Shown: in pieces, positions 38,486-50,307 of the stretch
How the letters are laid out: each line of letters begins with the position of its first letter
Position numbering within the stretch: the first letter of the stretch is position 1
NCBI GenBank assembly: GCA_965221775.1
Contig: CBDCSU010000005.1
Span: 576,001 to 640,000 of the forward strand
Direction of reading: 5' to 3'
Length of the DNA: 64,000 bases
From: Candidatus Latescibacterota bacterium
GTDB lineage: Bacteria > Latescibacterota > UBA2968 > UBA8231
Translations under genes and position numbers: made by a program
The notes under the pieces: generated by a model
Database searches by the model: none
What the model was told of the DNA's origin: nothing
What the model saw: only the letters and a program-made list of their open reading frames with translations

Positions 38486-38514
38486 AGGTTAGGGCCGCCG
38501 CCGAGGACTGTCAA
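38486..38514 (-). promoter_or_regulatory. Strong sigma70 promoter of the nqr(-nuo-atp) cluster
   Basis: Minus strand TTGACA-17 nt-TAACCT in an AT-richer patch, about 240 nt upstream of nqrA. Confidence 0.7.
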
Positions 38515-38594
38515 GGATTCCCGCACACCCGTCGAGGTGCCATGAAAACGAGCCCGTCGGCGCCGGCCGGCCGGCAGCCGAAGGTGGTGAATCG

Positions 38595-39830
38595 GTGAGC
38601 CGGGGGGTCGTCGTCACCGGCTTGGGGGCAGTAACGCCTCTCGGCTCCGGGGCGGCGCGTTTCTGGGACCGGTTGTGCGCCGGCCGGTCCGGGGTCGGGC
38701 CGATCACCCTCTTCGATGCCGGGGCCTTCCCGGTGCGCATCGCCGGCGAGGTCGCCGGCTTCAGCCTGCCCGCCGGGATCGACCGCAAGCGTCTCCGGCG
38801 CCTGGACCGCTACGCCCTGTTCGGAGTCGCGGCGGCGCTGCAGGCCTGGCGCGACGCCGGCGTCGAGGACCACGATCCCTGGCAGGCGGGGATCGTCCTC
38901 GGCTCCAGCCACGGCGGCGAGAGCACGGCCCTCCAGGCCGCGGCGGCCCTCGGTCCCCGGCCCTCGCCGAAAGCGGCCAGCCCCCTGGTGATCCCGCGCA
39001 TGCTCAACAACATGGCCGCCGCCCAGGCGGCGATGCTACTCGACCTGCGCGGCCCGGGCTTCGCCCTCGCCTCGGCGTGCGCCACCGGCGGCCACGCCCT
39101 CGGCGAGGCATCCGAGATCATCCGCAGGGGCGATGCCGAGGTGATGGTCGCCGGCGCCGCCGAGGCCTGCATCACCCCCCTTACCCTGGCCGGCGACCAC
39201 GCCCTCGGAGCCCTGTCGCGGCGCAGCGCCGAACCGCACCGGGCCTGCCGCCCCTTCGACCGCGACCGCGACGGTTTCGTCCTCGCCGAAGGTGCGGCCG
39301 CCCTGGTCCTGGAGGAGCGGGAGCACGCCCGCAGACGCGGCGCCCGCGTCTACGCCGAGCTCTCGGGGTACGGGGCGACGACGGACGCCGTCCACGAGAC
39401 GCGCCCGGACCCGACGGGTACGGCCGCGGCGCGGGCGATCACCCGCGCCCTGGCCAAGTCCGGGACCGGCCCCCGCCAGGTCGACGCGGTCTTCGCCCAC
39501 GCCGCCGGCACCCGGGCGGGCGACGCCGCCGAGGCCCGCGCCCTCGGCGCCTCCCTCGGGGCGGCCCTCGGCGCCATCCCGGTGACCGCCGTCAAGTCGA
39601 TGACGGGCCACATGTTCGCCGCCTCCGGGGCGGCCCAGGCGGTGGCCGCGGTCAAGGCGATCGAGGCGGGGGCCGTCCCCCCCACGATCAACTGCGGCCG
39701 CATCGACGTGACCGGGATCGCCTGCGTGCCCGGCGAGATGCTGCGGAAGCCGCTGTCGCGGGTGCTCTCCAACTCCTTCGGCTTCGGCGGCCACAACGCC
39801 GCCCTCCTCTTTTCGGCGGCGGCCGGCTGA
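38595..39830 (+). CDS. fabF: Beta-ketoacyl-ACP synthase II-like (FabF family), first gene of the bio operon
   Basis: VVVTGLG, catalytic Cys in SACATG, RPFDRDRDGFV, His in AHAAGT, KSMTGH, SNSFGFGGHN. Confidence 0.9.
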   Translation: MSRGVVVTGLGAVTPLGSGAARFWDRLCAGRSGVGPITLFDAGAFPVRIAGEVAGFSLPAGIDRKRLRRLDRYALFGVAAALQAWRDAGVEDHDPWQAGIVLGSSHGGESTALQAAAALGPRPSPKAASPLVIPRMLNNMAAAQAAMLLDLRGPGFALASACATGGHALGEASEIIRRGDAEVMVAGAAEACITPLTLAGDHALGALSRRSAEPHRACRPFDRDRDGFVLAEGAAALVLEEREHARRRGARVYAELSGYGATTDAVHETRPDPTGTAAARAITRALAKSGTGPRQVDAVFAHAAGTRAGDAAEARALGASLGAALGAIPVTAVKSMTGHMFAASGAAQAVAAVKAIEAGAVPPTINCGRIDVTGIACVPGEMLRKPLSRVLSNSFGFGGHNAALLFSAAAG

Positions 39831-40822
39831 TGACCGAGTCCCCCACCCTTCCCGCCTTCGCCGCCCTCGCCGACAAGGCGATCGCCGGCGAACCCCTTGC
39901 GCGCGAGGAGTGCCACGCGGTTCTCGCCACGCCGGACGGCGAGGTTCCCGGTCTGCTCGCCGAGACCCACCGCGTGCGCCGCCGCTTCTGCGGCGACAAG
40001 GTGCACCTGCACGTCCTGACGAACGCCAAGAGCGGCCTCTGTCCCGAGGACTGCGGCTACTGCTCGCAGTCGCGCCTGTCGGAAGCGGCGATCGAGAAGT
40101 ACCCCATGGTCAGCCGGGAGCGGCTCCTCGAAGAAGCACACGCCGCCCGCCGCTCCCGGGCCCGGCGCTTCTGCATCGTCACCAGCGGCCGCGGCGCCAC
40201 CTGGGGCGAGGTGGAGCACCTGGCCGACGCCGTGCGCACCATCCGCGAGGAGGTCGGCATCGGGATCTGCGCCTGCGTCGGTCTCCTCGACGAAGAGAAG
40301 GCGAAGGCCCTGAAGGAGGCCGGTGTCGACCGGTTGAACCACAATCTCAATACCAGCGAGCGGTTCACCCCCGGCATCGTCACCACCCACGGATACGACG
40401 ACCGCGTGAAGACGTTGGAGGCGGCGCGCAAGGCGGGCCTCGACCTGTGCAGCGGCGCCATCTTCGGCATGGGGGAAACCGACGATGACGTGATCGACGT
40501 CCTCATGGCGCTCCGCGACCTCGACCCGCAGTCGATACCGGTCAACTTCCTCCATCCCATCGACGGAACCCCCCTGGAAGGGACGTGGAGGCTGACCCCC
40601 CTGCACTGCCTGCGGATCCTGTCTCTGGCGCGGCTGCTGCACCCGCACCGGGAGATCCGCGTCGCCGGCGGGCGCGAGCTGCATCTGCGGTCGCTGCAGC
40701 CGCTGGCCCTCTACGCGGCCAACTCGATCTTCGTCGAGGGCTACCTCACCACCCCCGGACAGGGCACGAGGGAGGCCCTGCGGATGATCGAGGACATGGG
40801 GTTCGAGGTCGAAGAGGCGTGA
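39830..40822 (+). CDS. bioB: Biotin synthase
   Basis: NAKSGLCPEDCGYCSQS (radical SAM), NHNLNT, CSG.I.GMGE, SIPVNFL, AGGRE; ATG overlaps the fabF TGA. Confidence 0.97.
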   Translation: MTESPTLPAFAALADKAIAGEPLAREECHAVLATPDGEVPGLLAETHRVRRRFCGDKVHLHVLTNAKSGLCPEDCGYCSQSRLSEAAIEKYPMVSRERLLEEAHAARRSRARRFCIVTSGRGATWGEVEHLADAVRTIREEVGIGICACVGLLDEEKAKALKEAGVDRLNHNLNTSERFTPGIVTTHGYDDRVKTLEAARKAGLDLCSGAIFGMGETDDDVIDVLMALRDLDPQSIPVNFLHPIDGTPLEGTWRLTPLHCLRILSLARLLHPHREIRVAGGRELHLRSLQPLALYAANSIFVEGYLTTPGQGTREALRMIEDMGFEVEEA

Positions 40823-42171
40823 CCGCGGGGCCGCCGCCCGGCATCTGGAACGCCTTCACGCCGATGGCCCGCTACGACAGCGAGCCGAGGCTGGTCATCG
40901 ACCGCGCCGAGGGCAACCGCATCATCGACAGGGACGGCCGCGAGTACATCGACGGCGTGGCCTCGATCTGGGCGATCGTCCACGGCCACGGGCACCCGCA
41001 CATCGTCGAGGCGATCCGGCGCCAGGCGGAGCGGCTGCAGCACAGCACCCTCCTCGGCGCCGCCCACTCCCCCGCCCTCGAGCTGACGCAACGGCTCGCC
41101 GCGCACGTGCCCGGGGGGCTTACCCGCTTCTTCTACAGCTCCGACGGCGCCAGCGCCGTCGAGGCGGCCCTCAAGATGGCGCTCCAGTACTGGGTCAACA
41201 CCGGCCGGCCCGAGCGCCGCCGCTTCGCGGTGATGGAGATGGCCTACCACGGCGACACCCTCGGCGCCGCCTCGCTGGGAGGGGAGGGGGCCTTCCGCAA
41301 GCCCTACGAGTCGGCCATGTTCGAGCCCCTGCGGTTCGCCAACCCCCATCCCCGGGGCTGCGGGCTCTGCTCCCCCGAAGGCGGATGCAGCCTCGCCTGC
41401 GTCGGGTCCCTGGAGCGTCTGCTCGACGAGCGCGGCGGAGAGATCGCCGCGGTGGTCGTCGAGCCCCGGGTGCAGGGGGCCGCGGGGATCGTCGTCGCCC
41501 CGGAGGGACATCTGGCCCGGGTCGCCGACCTCTGCCGCTCTCACGGCGTGCTGCTTATCGCCGACGAGGTGGCCACCGGCTTCGGCAAGACCGGCGCCAT
41601 GTTCGCCTGCGACCTCGAGGGGGTCAGCCCCGACATCATGGTGCTGGGCAAGGGGATCAGCGGCGGCTGCCTGCCGCTGTCGGCGACGGTGGCGAGCGAG
41701 GGTGTCTACGAAGCCTTCCACGACGCGCACGACTACGCCAAGACCCTCTACCATGGACACACCTACGGGGGCAACCCGATCGCCTGCGCCGCCGCCCTGG
41801 CGAGCCTCGACATCTTCGAGCGCGAGCCGGTCCTGGCGAGGGTTGGCGACCGCGCCGCCTGCCTCGGCGAGAGGCTGAGAGAGGTCCTCGGCGAACATCC
41901 CCTCGTGGGGGAGATCCGCCAGCAGGGCCTGATGGCCGCCGTCGATCTGGTCGCCGACCGCTGCTCCCGACGGCCGCTGCCCGCCTCGGAGCAGACCGGA
42001 TGGCGGGCCTGCATGAAGGCGCGGGACCGCGGCGTCTTCGTCCGCCCCATCGGCGACACCGTGGTGGTCATGCCCCCCCTCTCCATCGAGGAAGGCGAGC
42101 TCTCACAGATCTGCGAGGCGGTGAGGTATGGGCTCGACAGCGTCGCCCGGTCCACCCCGGCCCTGGGCTGA
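40819..42171 (+). CDS. bioA: DAPA aminotransferase
   Basis: W..FTPM, DGVASIW..VHGH, AVEAALKMA.QY, YHGDT, DEVATGFG, GKGISGG, HGHTY.GNP. Confidence 0.95.
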   Translation: MTAGPPPGIWNAFTPMARYDSEPRLVIDRAEGNRIIDRDGREYIDGVASIWAIVHGHGHPHIVEAIRRQAERLQHSTLLGAAHSPALELTQRLAAHVPGGLTRFFYSSDGASAVEAALKMALQYWVNTGRPERRRFAVMEMAYHGDTLGAASLGGEGAFRKPYESAMFEPLRFANPHPRGCGLCSPEGGCSLACVGSLERLLDERGGEIAAVVVEPRVQGAAGIVVAPEGHLARVADLCRSHGVLLIADEVATGFGKTGAMFACDLEGVSPDIMVLGKGISGGCLPLSATVASEGVYEAFHDAHDYAKTLYHGHTYGGNPIACAAALASLDIFEREPVLARVGDRAACLGERLREVLGEHPLVGEIRQQGLMAAVDLVADRCSRRPLPASEQTGWRACMKARDRGVFVRPIGDTVVVMPPLSIEEGELSQICEAVRYGLDSVARSTPALG

Positions 42172-43309
42172 GTTCCTGCGCTCGGAGCGCCGGCGCCTCG
42201 GCCGGCTCGGTCTGCGCCGGTCGGTGGTGACCCCGGAGAGCCGCGCCGGGGTCCGGGCCACCCTCTCCGGCCGCGAGTACGTCCTCTTCACCTCGAACGA
42301 CTACCTCGGCCTCGCCGCCCATCCGGAGGTGACCGCCGCGGCCGGGGAGGCAGCCCGCCGCTTCGGCGCCGGTGCCGCATCGGCGCGGCTGCTGCACGGC
42401 TCCACCCCCCTGCACGAGGACCTGCAGGAACGCCTGGCGCGGCTCACGGGGCGGCCTTCCTCCCTGCTCTTCAGCTCGGGGTACATGGCCAACCTGGGGG
42501 TCCTCGCCGCCCTGGCCGGGCGGGGGGACGCGATCTTCTACGACGAGCGCTCCCACGCCTCGATCATCGACGGCGCCAGGCTGTCCCGCGCCACCGCACT
42601 GGCCTTCCCGCACAACGACGCCGGCCGCCTCGACGACCTCCTGCGCCAGACCCCCGCCCGCCGGCGCATGGTCGTCACCGAGAGCGTCTTCAGCATGGAC
42701 GGCGACCTGGCGCCCCTCCGGGCCCTGGGGGAGACCGCCTCGCGCCACGAGGCGCTGCTGGTCGTCGACGAGGCGCACGCCATCGGGGTCTTCGGGGATG
42801 GCGCCGGTCTCCTGGGGGACCTTGATCTCGAGATCCCGGCCGTCATCACCGGGACCCTGTCGAAGGCGCTGGGCTCGATCGGCGGCTTTGCCGCCGGCCA
42901 CGGGGCCCTCATCGAGTACCTCGTCGACCGCGCCCGCACCTTCATCTTCGATACCGCCCTGCCGCCGTCGGCGGTTGCGGCGGCGGCCGCCGCCCTCGAG
43001 GTCGCGCGGAACGAGCCCTGGCGCCGGAAGCGGGTCCTCGACCTCGGCGCGACGCTGCGCTCCGGTCTGCAGTGCCTCGGCGGCCCTGACTGCCACTCCG
43101 CCTCGCAGATCGTGCCGCTGCTCCTCGGCAGGCCGGCCGCGGCGGTAGCCGCGGAGGAACATCTCAAGAGCCACGGGATCCTGGCACGCGCCGTGCGGCC
43201 CCCCGCGGTGCCCCGCGGCACGTCGCGGATCCGCTTCGGGGTCACCGCCGCCCACGAGGAGGAGCACCTGCGGCAGGTCATCGGGGCGATGGAGTCCTTC
43301 GTTGGGTAG
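42128..43309 (+). CDS. bioF: 8-amino-7-oxononanoate synthase
   Basis: SNDYLGL, SGYMAN, HASIIDG, HND, ESVFSMDGD, DEAH, GTLSKALG. Confidence 0.95.
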   Translation: MGSTASPGPPRPWAEFLRSERRRLGRLGLRRSVVTPESRAGVRATLSGREYVLFTSNDYLGLAAHPEVTAAAGEAARRFGAGAASARLLHGSTPLHEDLQERLARLTGRPSSLLFSSGYMANLGVLAALAGRGDAIFYDERSHASIIDGARLSRATALAFPHNDAGRLDDLLRQTPARRRMVVTESVFSMDGDLAPLRALGETASRHEALLVVDEAHAIGVFGDGAGLLGDLDLEIPAVITGTLSKALGSIGGFAAGHGALIEYLVDRARTFIFDTALPPSAVAAAAAALEVARNEPWRRKRVLDLGATLRSGLQCLGGPDCHSASQIVPLLLGRPAAAVAAEEHLKSHGILARAVRPPAVPRGTSRIRFGVTAAHEEEHLRQVIGAMESFVG

Positions 43310-44003
43310 GATCGTGCTGGTGACCGGGACCGACACCGGCGTCGGCAAGACGGTCGCCGCCGCCTGGCTGGCGTGGAAGGCGTCGAGGGCGGGAAGGGTG
43401 GCCCTGCTTAAGGCGGTGCAGACCGGCGCCGGTCCCGGGGTCGACGGCGACGAGGCGTTCTACCGCGGAGCCCTCCGCGGCACCGGCGTGACCCTGGGGA
43501 CGCTGGCCTCCTTCCCCGAGCCGCTGGCGCCGCTGATCGCGGCGAGGCGCGCCGGACGGCCGATCGACTTCGAGGGCCTGGCGCGGCAGTGCGAGTCCGT
43601 GGCCGCGGCTCACGACCTCACTCTCGTGGAGGGCTCGGGAGGGCTCCTGGTGCCGATCGACGAGCGGCGGGATGTCGCCGACCTCGCCCGGCGCCTGAAG
43701 GCCTGCCTGGCCGTCGTCGTCCGCCCCGGCCTCGGGACGCTGAACCACACCGCCCTCACCCTGGAGGCGGCGGAGCGCCGGGGCCTGGAGGTCCCCCTGC
43801 TGATCTGCAGCGGAACCTCACCCGACGCGGACGTGGTCGAGGCCGAGAACCTGCGCTTCTTCGCGGCCCTGCGGGAGGCGCGCCAGGAGCGCGCGCCGAT
43901 GGCGTTGATGGTGATCGAGCGCGCCCTCGGAGGCGACGCCTCCAGGCCGGAGAGGCTCGCCGTCAGGATCGAGGGACCGCCGCCGGATTGGCTGCCCGCT
44001 TGA
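43302..44003 (+). CDS. bioD: Dethiobiotin synthetase
   Basis: TGTDTGVGKT, K.VQTG, VEGSGG, LGTLNHT.LT. Confidence 0.93.
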   Translation: MGRIVLVTGTDTGVGKTVAAAWLAWKASRAGRVALLKAVQTGAGPGVDGDEAFYRGALRGTGVTLGTLASFPEPLAPLIAARRAGRPIDFEGLARQCESVAAAHDLTLVEGSGGLLVPIDERRDVADLARRLKACLAVVVRPGLGTLNHTALTLEAAERRGLEVPLLICSGTSPDADVVEAENLRFFAALREARQERAPMALMVIERALGGDASRPERLAVRIEGPPPDWLPA

Positions 44004-44026
44004 GCCGCCCCTGCCGGCCTCCGGTC

Positions 44027-44056
44027 TTGATCGCCCGGAGGCCGGCCGCCTATACT
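44027..44056 (+). promoter_or_regulatory. Putative sigma70 promoter of the amino-acid symporter
   Basis: TTGATC-18 nt-TATACT. Confidence 0.55.
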
Positions 44057-44118
44057 GGAACGCGCAGCCTGCCGCAGAATCCCTCACCCACACACCCGAC
44101 CCGAAAGAGGAGGAATCC

Positions 44119-45642
44119 ATGGGCAGAGCCCTGGGAGCCCTCTTCCTGCTCACCACCATGGCGGCCCCGGCCCTGGCCGAGGACGCAGCCGGTGGGAGCG
44201 GGATCCAGCATCACCTGAGCCGCCTCGACGCGCTCTTCGCCGACACCGTCAAGCTGCTGGAGACCTTCCTCTTCGTCGACTTCGGCACCGGCGTCCCCCT
44301 CATCGTCGCCGTCCTCGTGGCCGGCGGCGTCTACTTCAGCTTCTACTTCGGCTGGCTGTCGATCCGCGGCTTCAAGCACTCCATCGACATCATCCGCGGG
44401 CGCTACGACAACCCCGACGACCCGGGCGAGATCTCCCACTTCCAGGCCCTCACCAGCGCCCTGTCGGCGACGATCGGCCTCGGCAACATCGCCGGCGTCG
44501 CCATCGCCGTCAGCGTCGGCGGTCCCGGGGCCGTGTTCTGGATGCTCCTCACCGCCCTCATCGGCATGTCCTCCAAGCTCGCCTCCTGCACCCTGGCGGT
44601 GATGTACCGCAACGTCCACCCCGACGGCCGCGTCTCCGGCGGACCGATGTACTACCTGGAGAAGGGGCTGGCGACGATCGGCCTGGCCCAGTTCGGCCGC
44701 ACCCTGGCGGTGATCTTCGCCTTCCTCACCATCGGCGGCTCCCTGGGCGGCGGCAACATGTTCCAGGCCAACCAGACCCTCGAGATCCTCGCCACCGTGT
44801 CGCCCTGGTTCAAGAGCTACAACTGGGTCATGGGCCTGATCATGGCCGGCCTCGTGGCCCTGGTCATCATCGGCGGCATCCGCCGCATCGGCCGGGTGAC
44901 GTCGCGGATCGTCCCCGGCATGTGCCTGCTCTACGCCATCACCGCGATCTTCATCATCGTGTGGAACATCCAGGCGGTGCCGGCCACCCTCGCGCGGATC
45001 GTCTCCGACGCCTTCACCGGTCCGGCGATGTACGGCGGCTTCCTCGGCGTCCTCGTCATGGGCGTCCGGCGCGCCGCCTTCTCCAACGAGGCCGGCCTCG
45101 GCTCGGCCGCCTTCGCCCACGCCGCGGCCAAGACCGACGAGCCCGCGCGCGAGGGCATGGTGGCGATGATCGGCCCCTTCATCGACACCATCGTCATCTG
45201 CCTGATGACGGCGCTGGTCTGCACCATCACCGGCGTCTTCGAGCAGCCCGAGTTCCAGTCGGGGGGCGGCAGCATCGTCGGCGTGCGCATGACCGCCGCC
45301 GCCTTCGACTCCTTCATCCCCGGGGCCCGCTACGTGCTGGCCGTGGCGGTCCTGCTCTTCGCCTACTCGACGATGATCTCCTGGTCCTACTACGGCGAGC
45401 GCGCCTGGGAGTACCTCTTCGGCCAGGGCTCCGTCCTCATCTACCGCCTTATCTTCGTGTTCTTCGTCTTCGCCGGATCGGTGGTCACCTTGGGCAACGT
45501 CATCGGGTTCTCGGACATGATGATCCTGGGGATGGCTTTCCCCAACATCCTCGGCGGGGTGCTGCTGAGCCGGCAGATCAAGGCGACGCTGAACGAGTAC
45601 TGGGGGCGGCTGCAGCGCGGCGAGATGAAGGTCTATCGCTGA
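44119..45642 (+). CDS. Alanine/glycine:cation (Na+) symporter, AGCS family
   Basis: ISHFQAL..ALSATIGLGNIAGVA, GGPGAVFW, GGPMYY, FSNEAGLGSA, PFIDT. Confidence 0.95.
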   Translation: MGRALGALFLLTTMAAPALAEDAAGGSGIQHHLSRLDALFADTVKLLETFLFVDFGTGVPLIVAVLVAGGVYFSFYFGWLSIRGFKHSIDIIRGRYDNPDDPGEISHFQALTSALSATIGLGNIAGVAIAVSVGGPGAVFWMLLTALIGMSSKLASCTLAVMYRNVHPDGRVSGGPMYYLEKGLATIGLAQFGRTLAVIFAFLTIGGSLGGGNMFQANQTLEILATVSPWFKSYNWVMGLIMAGLVALVIIGGIRRIGRVTSRIVPGMCLLYAITAIFIIVWNIQAVPATLARIVSDAFTGPAMYGGFLGVLVMGVRRAAFSNEAGLGSAAFAHAAAKTDEPAREGMVAMIGPFIDTIVICLMTALVCTITGVFEQPEFQSGGGSIVGVRMTAAAFDSFIPGARYVLAVAVLLFAYSTMISWSYYGERAWEYLFGQGSVLIYRLIFVFFVFAGSVVTLGNVIGFSDMMILGMAFPNILGGVLLSRQIKATLNEYWGRLQRGEMKVYR

Positions 45643-45647
45643 GCGCG

Positions 45648-45669
45648 CGGGGCGGCTTCGGCCGCCCCG
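45648..45669. terminator. GC-rich hairpin between convergent genes (likely bidirectional terminator)
   Basis: CGGGGCGGC-TTCG-GCCGCCCCG, a perfect 9-bp stem with a UUCG loop followed by TCTCCTT. Confidence 0.6.
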
Positions 45670-45675
45670 TCTCCT

Positions 45676-47469
45676 TCAGTCGAGGGCGGGGGCCTCGCCC
45701 TCCTGAAGGAAGTCCTCCTCGAGGAGCAGGTCGGAGAACGACCGCCTCCAGGCATCCGGAAACACCTGGTCGGGCTGGACCTCGAGCCTCACCCGCCACA
45801 GCATGGCGAGGCGGCTGATTCCGAAGGTCACGGTGGCCACCCTCCCTCCCCGGAGCCGCACCTCCAGGCCCTGCTTCACGCCCCGGTGCTCGACCTCGAT
45901 CCAGTGGGTTCCGGCGGCGAGGTTGTGGAGCACCACCCCCTGCAGGTCCGGGCGCAGCAGGTCGATCCGGTAGCGGCCGTCGATGCGCACCGCGATCCCC
46001 CCGGGGCCGAAGCTCTCGCCCAGGGGCGAGCGCAGCACCGCCACCGAGCCGTCGAGGGCGTCCTCCAGGGCCGGGTCCACCTCGGAGGCCTCGGCCAGGG
46101 CGGCCGGGTCGCCGAGGGGCAGGACGCCGGCGGCGGCCACCCGCGGCCGGTTGCGGAACCAGGCCGGCTGCTCCTGGCGGCTGGCGAGGGTCCCGGTCCG
46201 GGTGAGGGCGTGGACGACCAGGTTGACCCCGGCCACCAGGGCCGGTCCCGACCAGCTCGGCGGCGGCGGCTCCTCCCCCTCCTCCGCCGGCTCGTCCTCA
46301 TCGGCCATCTCCGACCAGGCGGCGTGGAGGGGCAGGTCGCTGACGATGGCCACCAGGGTGTCGCCGAGGGAGACGCCCCACAGGCCGTTGCGCCGGACGC
46401 CCTCGGCGGGGTCCACCAGCTCGGGATCGATGTTGGGCGGCGGCGGGGGAGCCGGAGGCTCCGGCGTCGGGTAGCTCCACGACTGCCTGAGGTCCTTCAG
46501 GTAGTCCCAGCGCTCCTTGTCCTCGCCGGGAAAGCCGCCGGAGAAGGTGTAGAACGAGTGGTAGACGGGGTGCTCCGACGGGACCGGCCGGATCCCCGGG
46601 GCCTCCGGAAGGAGCTCGCGCAGGAGGGTCACGGCCTCTTTCAGGAACAGACCGCCCCCCTCGATGTAGAGCAGGCCGCCGCCGCGCAGGTACTCCTCCA
46701 GGAGCGCCCTCTCCTCCGGGGAGAGCTGCAGCCGCGGCCAGTCCCCGACCGTCGGCAGGCCTTCGCCCTGCACCAGGAAGTGGATGGGGTCGCGCAGCAG
46801 CTCGCGGCCGGTGAAGTAGTGGACGGTCTCGGGCCGCACCCGCGTCAGCAGCGAGGTGCGGTCGCGCATGAAGCGCGACAGGTGGTCCAGCCCCCGTCCG
46901 CCGCCGGCGCCGCGGGTGAAGACCCGCGTCAGGTTGACGAAGCCGGTCATGTGCCGGCGGTTGTCGGGGTCGGAGCGGACGATCGCCCGCTCGCGGCCCT
47001 GCGCCAGGTCCCAGATGCGCATCAGGTCGAGGGACTGGCGGCGGATCGAGTCCCCGAGGGCCTGGGCGGCGGCCAGGGACCTGACGAGGTCGGGCTCGGT
47101 CTCGGACCGGAAGCTGTCGGCCCGCGCGGCGATATCGAAGGAACGCAGGGCCACGGGGGCGTCCGGCGCCGGCGCCGGCCGGTGCGGCAGCGACGGATCC
47201 TCGAGCCGCGGGCGGGGCAGGAGCCCGGACGGCCGGTACTCCATCTCGGTCCTCGGCCGGACCTCCTCCGGGCCGGCGGCGGTGAAGCGCTCGGGCTCGA
47301 AGCGCAGGACCTGGCTCAGGCGGGCGCGGAAGGCCTCGGACTCGCGCTCGCCGCGGCGCCAGTCGTCGATGGTCAGCAGCACCGCGAGGTGCAGGATCAG
47401 GGAGAGGAGCAGGCTGCCCGAAAGGCGCAGGCCGGGGCGGCGGCGGGGCTTGCGGGGTCCCTCGTTCAC
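45676..47469 (-). CDS. Membrane-anchored DUF4159-domain protein
   Basis: N-terminal anchor SLILHLAVLL; L.EYLRGGG.L, HPVYHSFY.F..G.P, GVNLV..AL. Confidence 0.7.
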   Translation of the reverse strand: MNEGPRKPRRRPGLRLSGSLLLSLILHLAVLLTIDDWRRGERESEAFRARLSQVLRFEPERFTAAGPEEVRPRTEMEYRPSGLLPRPRLEDPSLPHRPAPAPDAPVALRSFDIAARADSFRSETEPDLVRSLAAAQALGDSIRRQSLDLMRIWDLAQGRERAIVRSDPDNRRHMTGFVNLTRVFTRGAGGGRGLDHLSRFMRDRTSLLTRVRPETVHYFTGRELLRDPIHFLVQGEGLPTVGDWPRLQLSPEERALLEEYLRGGGLLYIEGGGLFLKEAVTLLRELLPEAPGIRPVPSEHPVYHSFYTFSGGFPGEDKERWDYLKDLRQSWSYPTPEPPAPPPPPNIDPELVDPAEGVRRNGLWGVSLGDTLVAIVSDLPLHAAWSEMADEDEPAEEGEEPPPPSWSGPALVAGVNLVVHALTRTGTLASRQEQPAWFRNRPRVAAAGVLPLGDPAALAEASEVDPALEDALDGSVAVLRSPLGESFGPGGIAVRIDGRYRIDLLRPDLQGVVLHNLAAGTHWIEVEHRGVKQGLEVRLRGGRVATVTFGISRLAMLWRVRLEVQPDQVFPDAWRRSFSDLLLEEDFLQEGEAPALD

Positions 47470-47517
47470 GTCCTCTGGAGGCCTCCTCCCCGGGGCGAGG
47501 CAGGGGGGCCGCCGGAG

Positions 47518-47546
47518 TTGGCCCTCCGGGCGGCTTTCCTTATTTT
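47518..47546 (+). promoter_or_regulatory. Putative sigma70 promoter of aceEF-lpdA
   Basis: TTGGCC-17 nt-TATTTT. Confidence 0.45.
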
Positions 47547-47608
47547 ACTCATTCCGGTTCCGATCCGCTTTCCCTCCCGGAACCGCCACTCCCACCTCAG
47601 AGAATCCG

Positions 47609-50299
<2,691 letters not shown>

Positions 50300-50307
50300 G
50301 AGGACCC

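Noticed and set aside
38461-38594. BirA, Rex or CRP operator upstream of the bio and nqr units
   Set aside because: Only a TGTGA half-site is present, with no matching palindromic partner at the right spacing.
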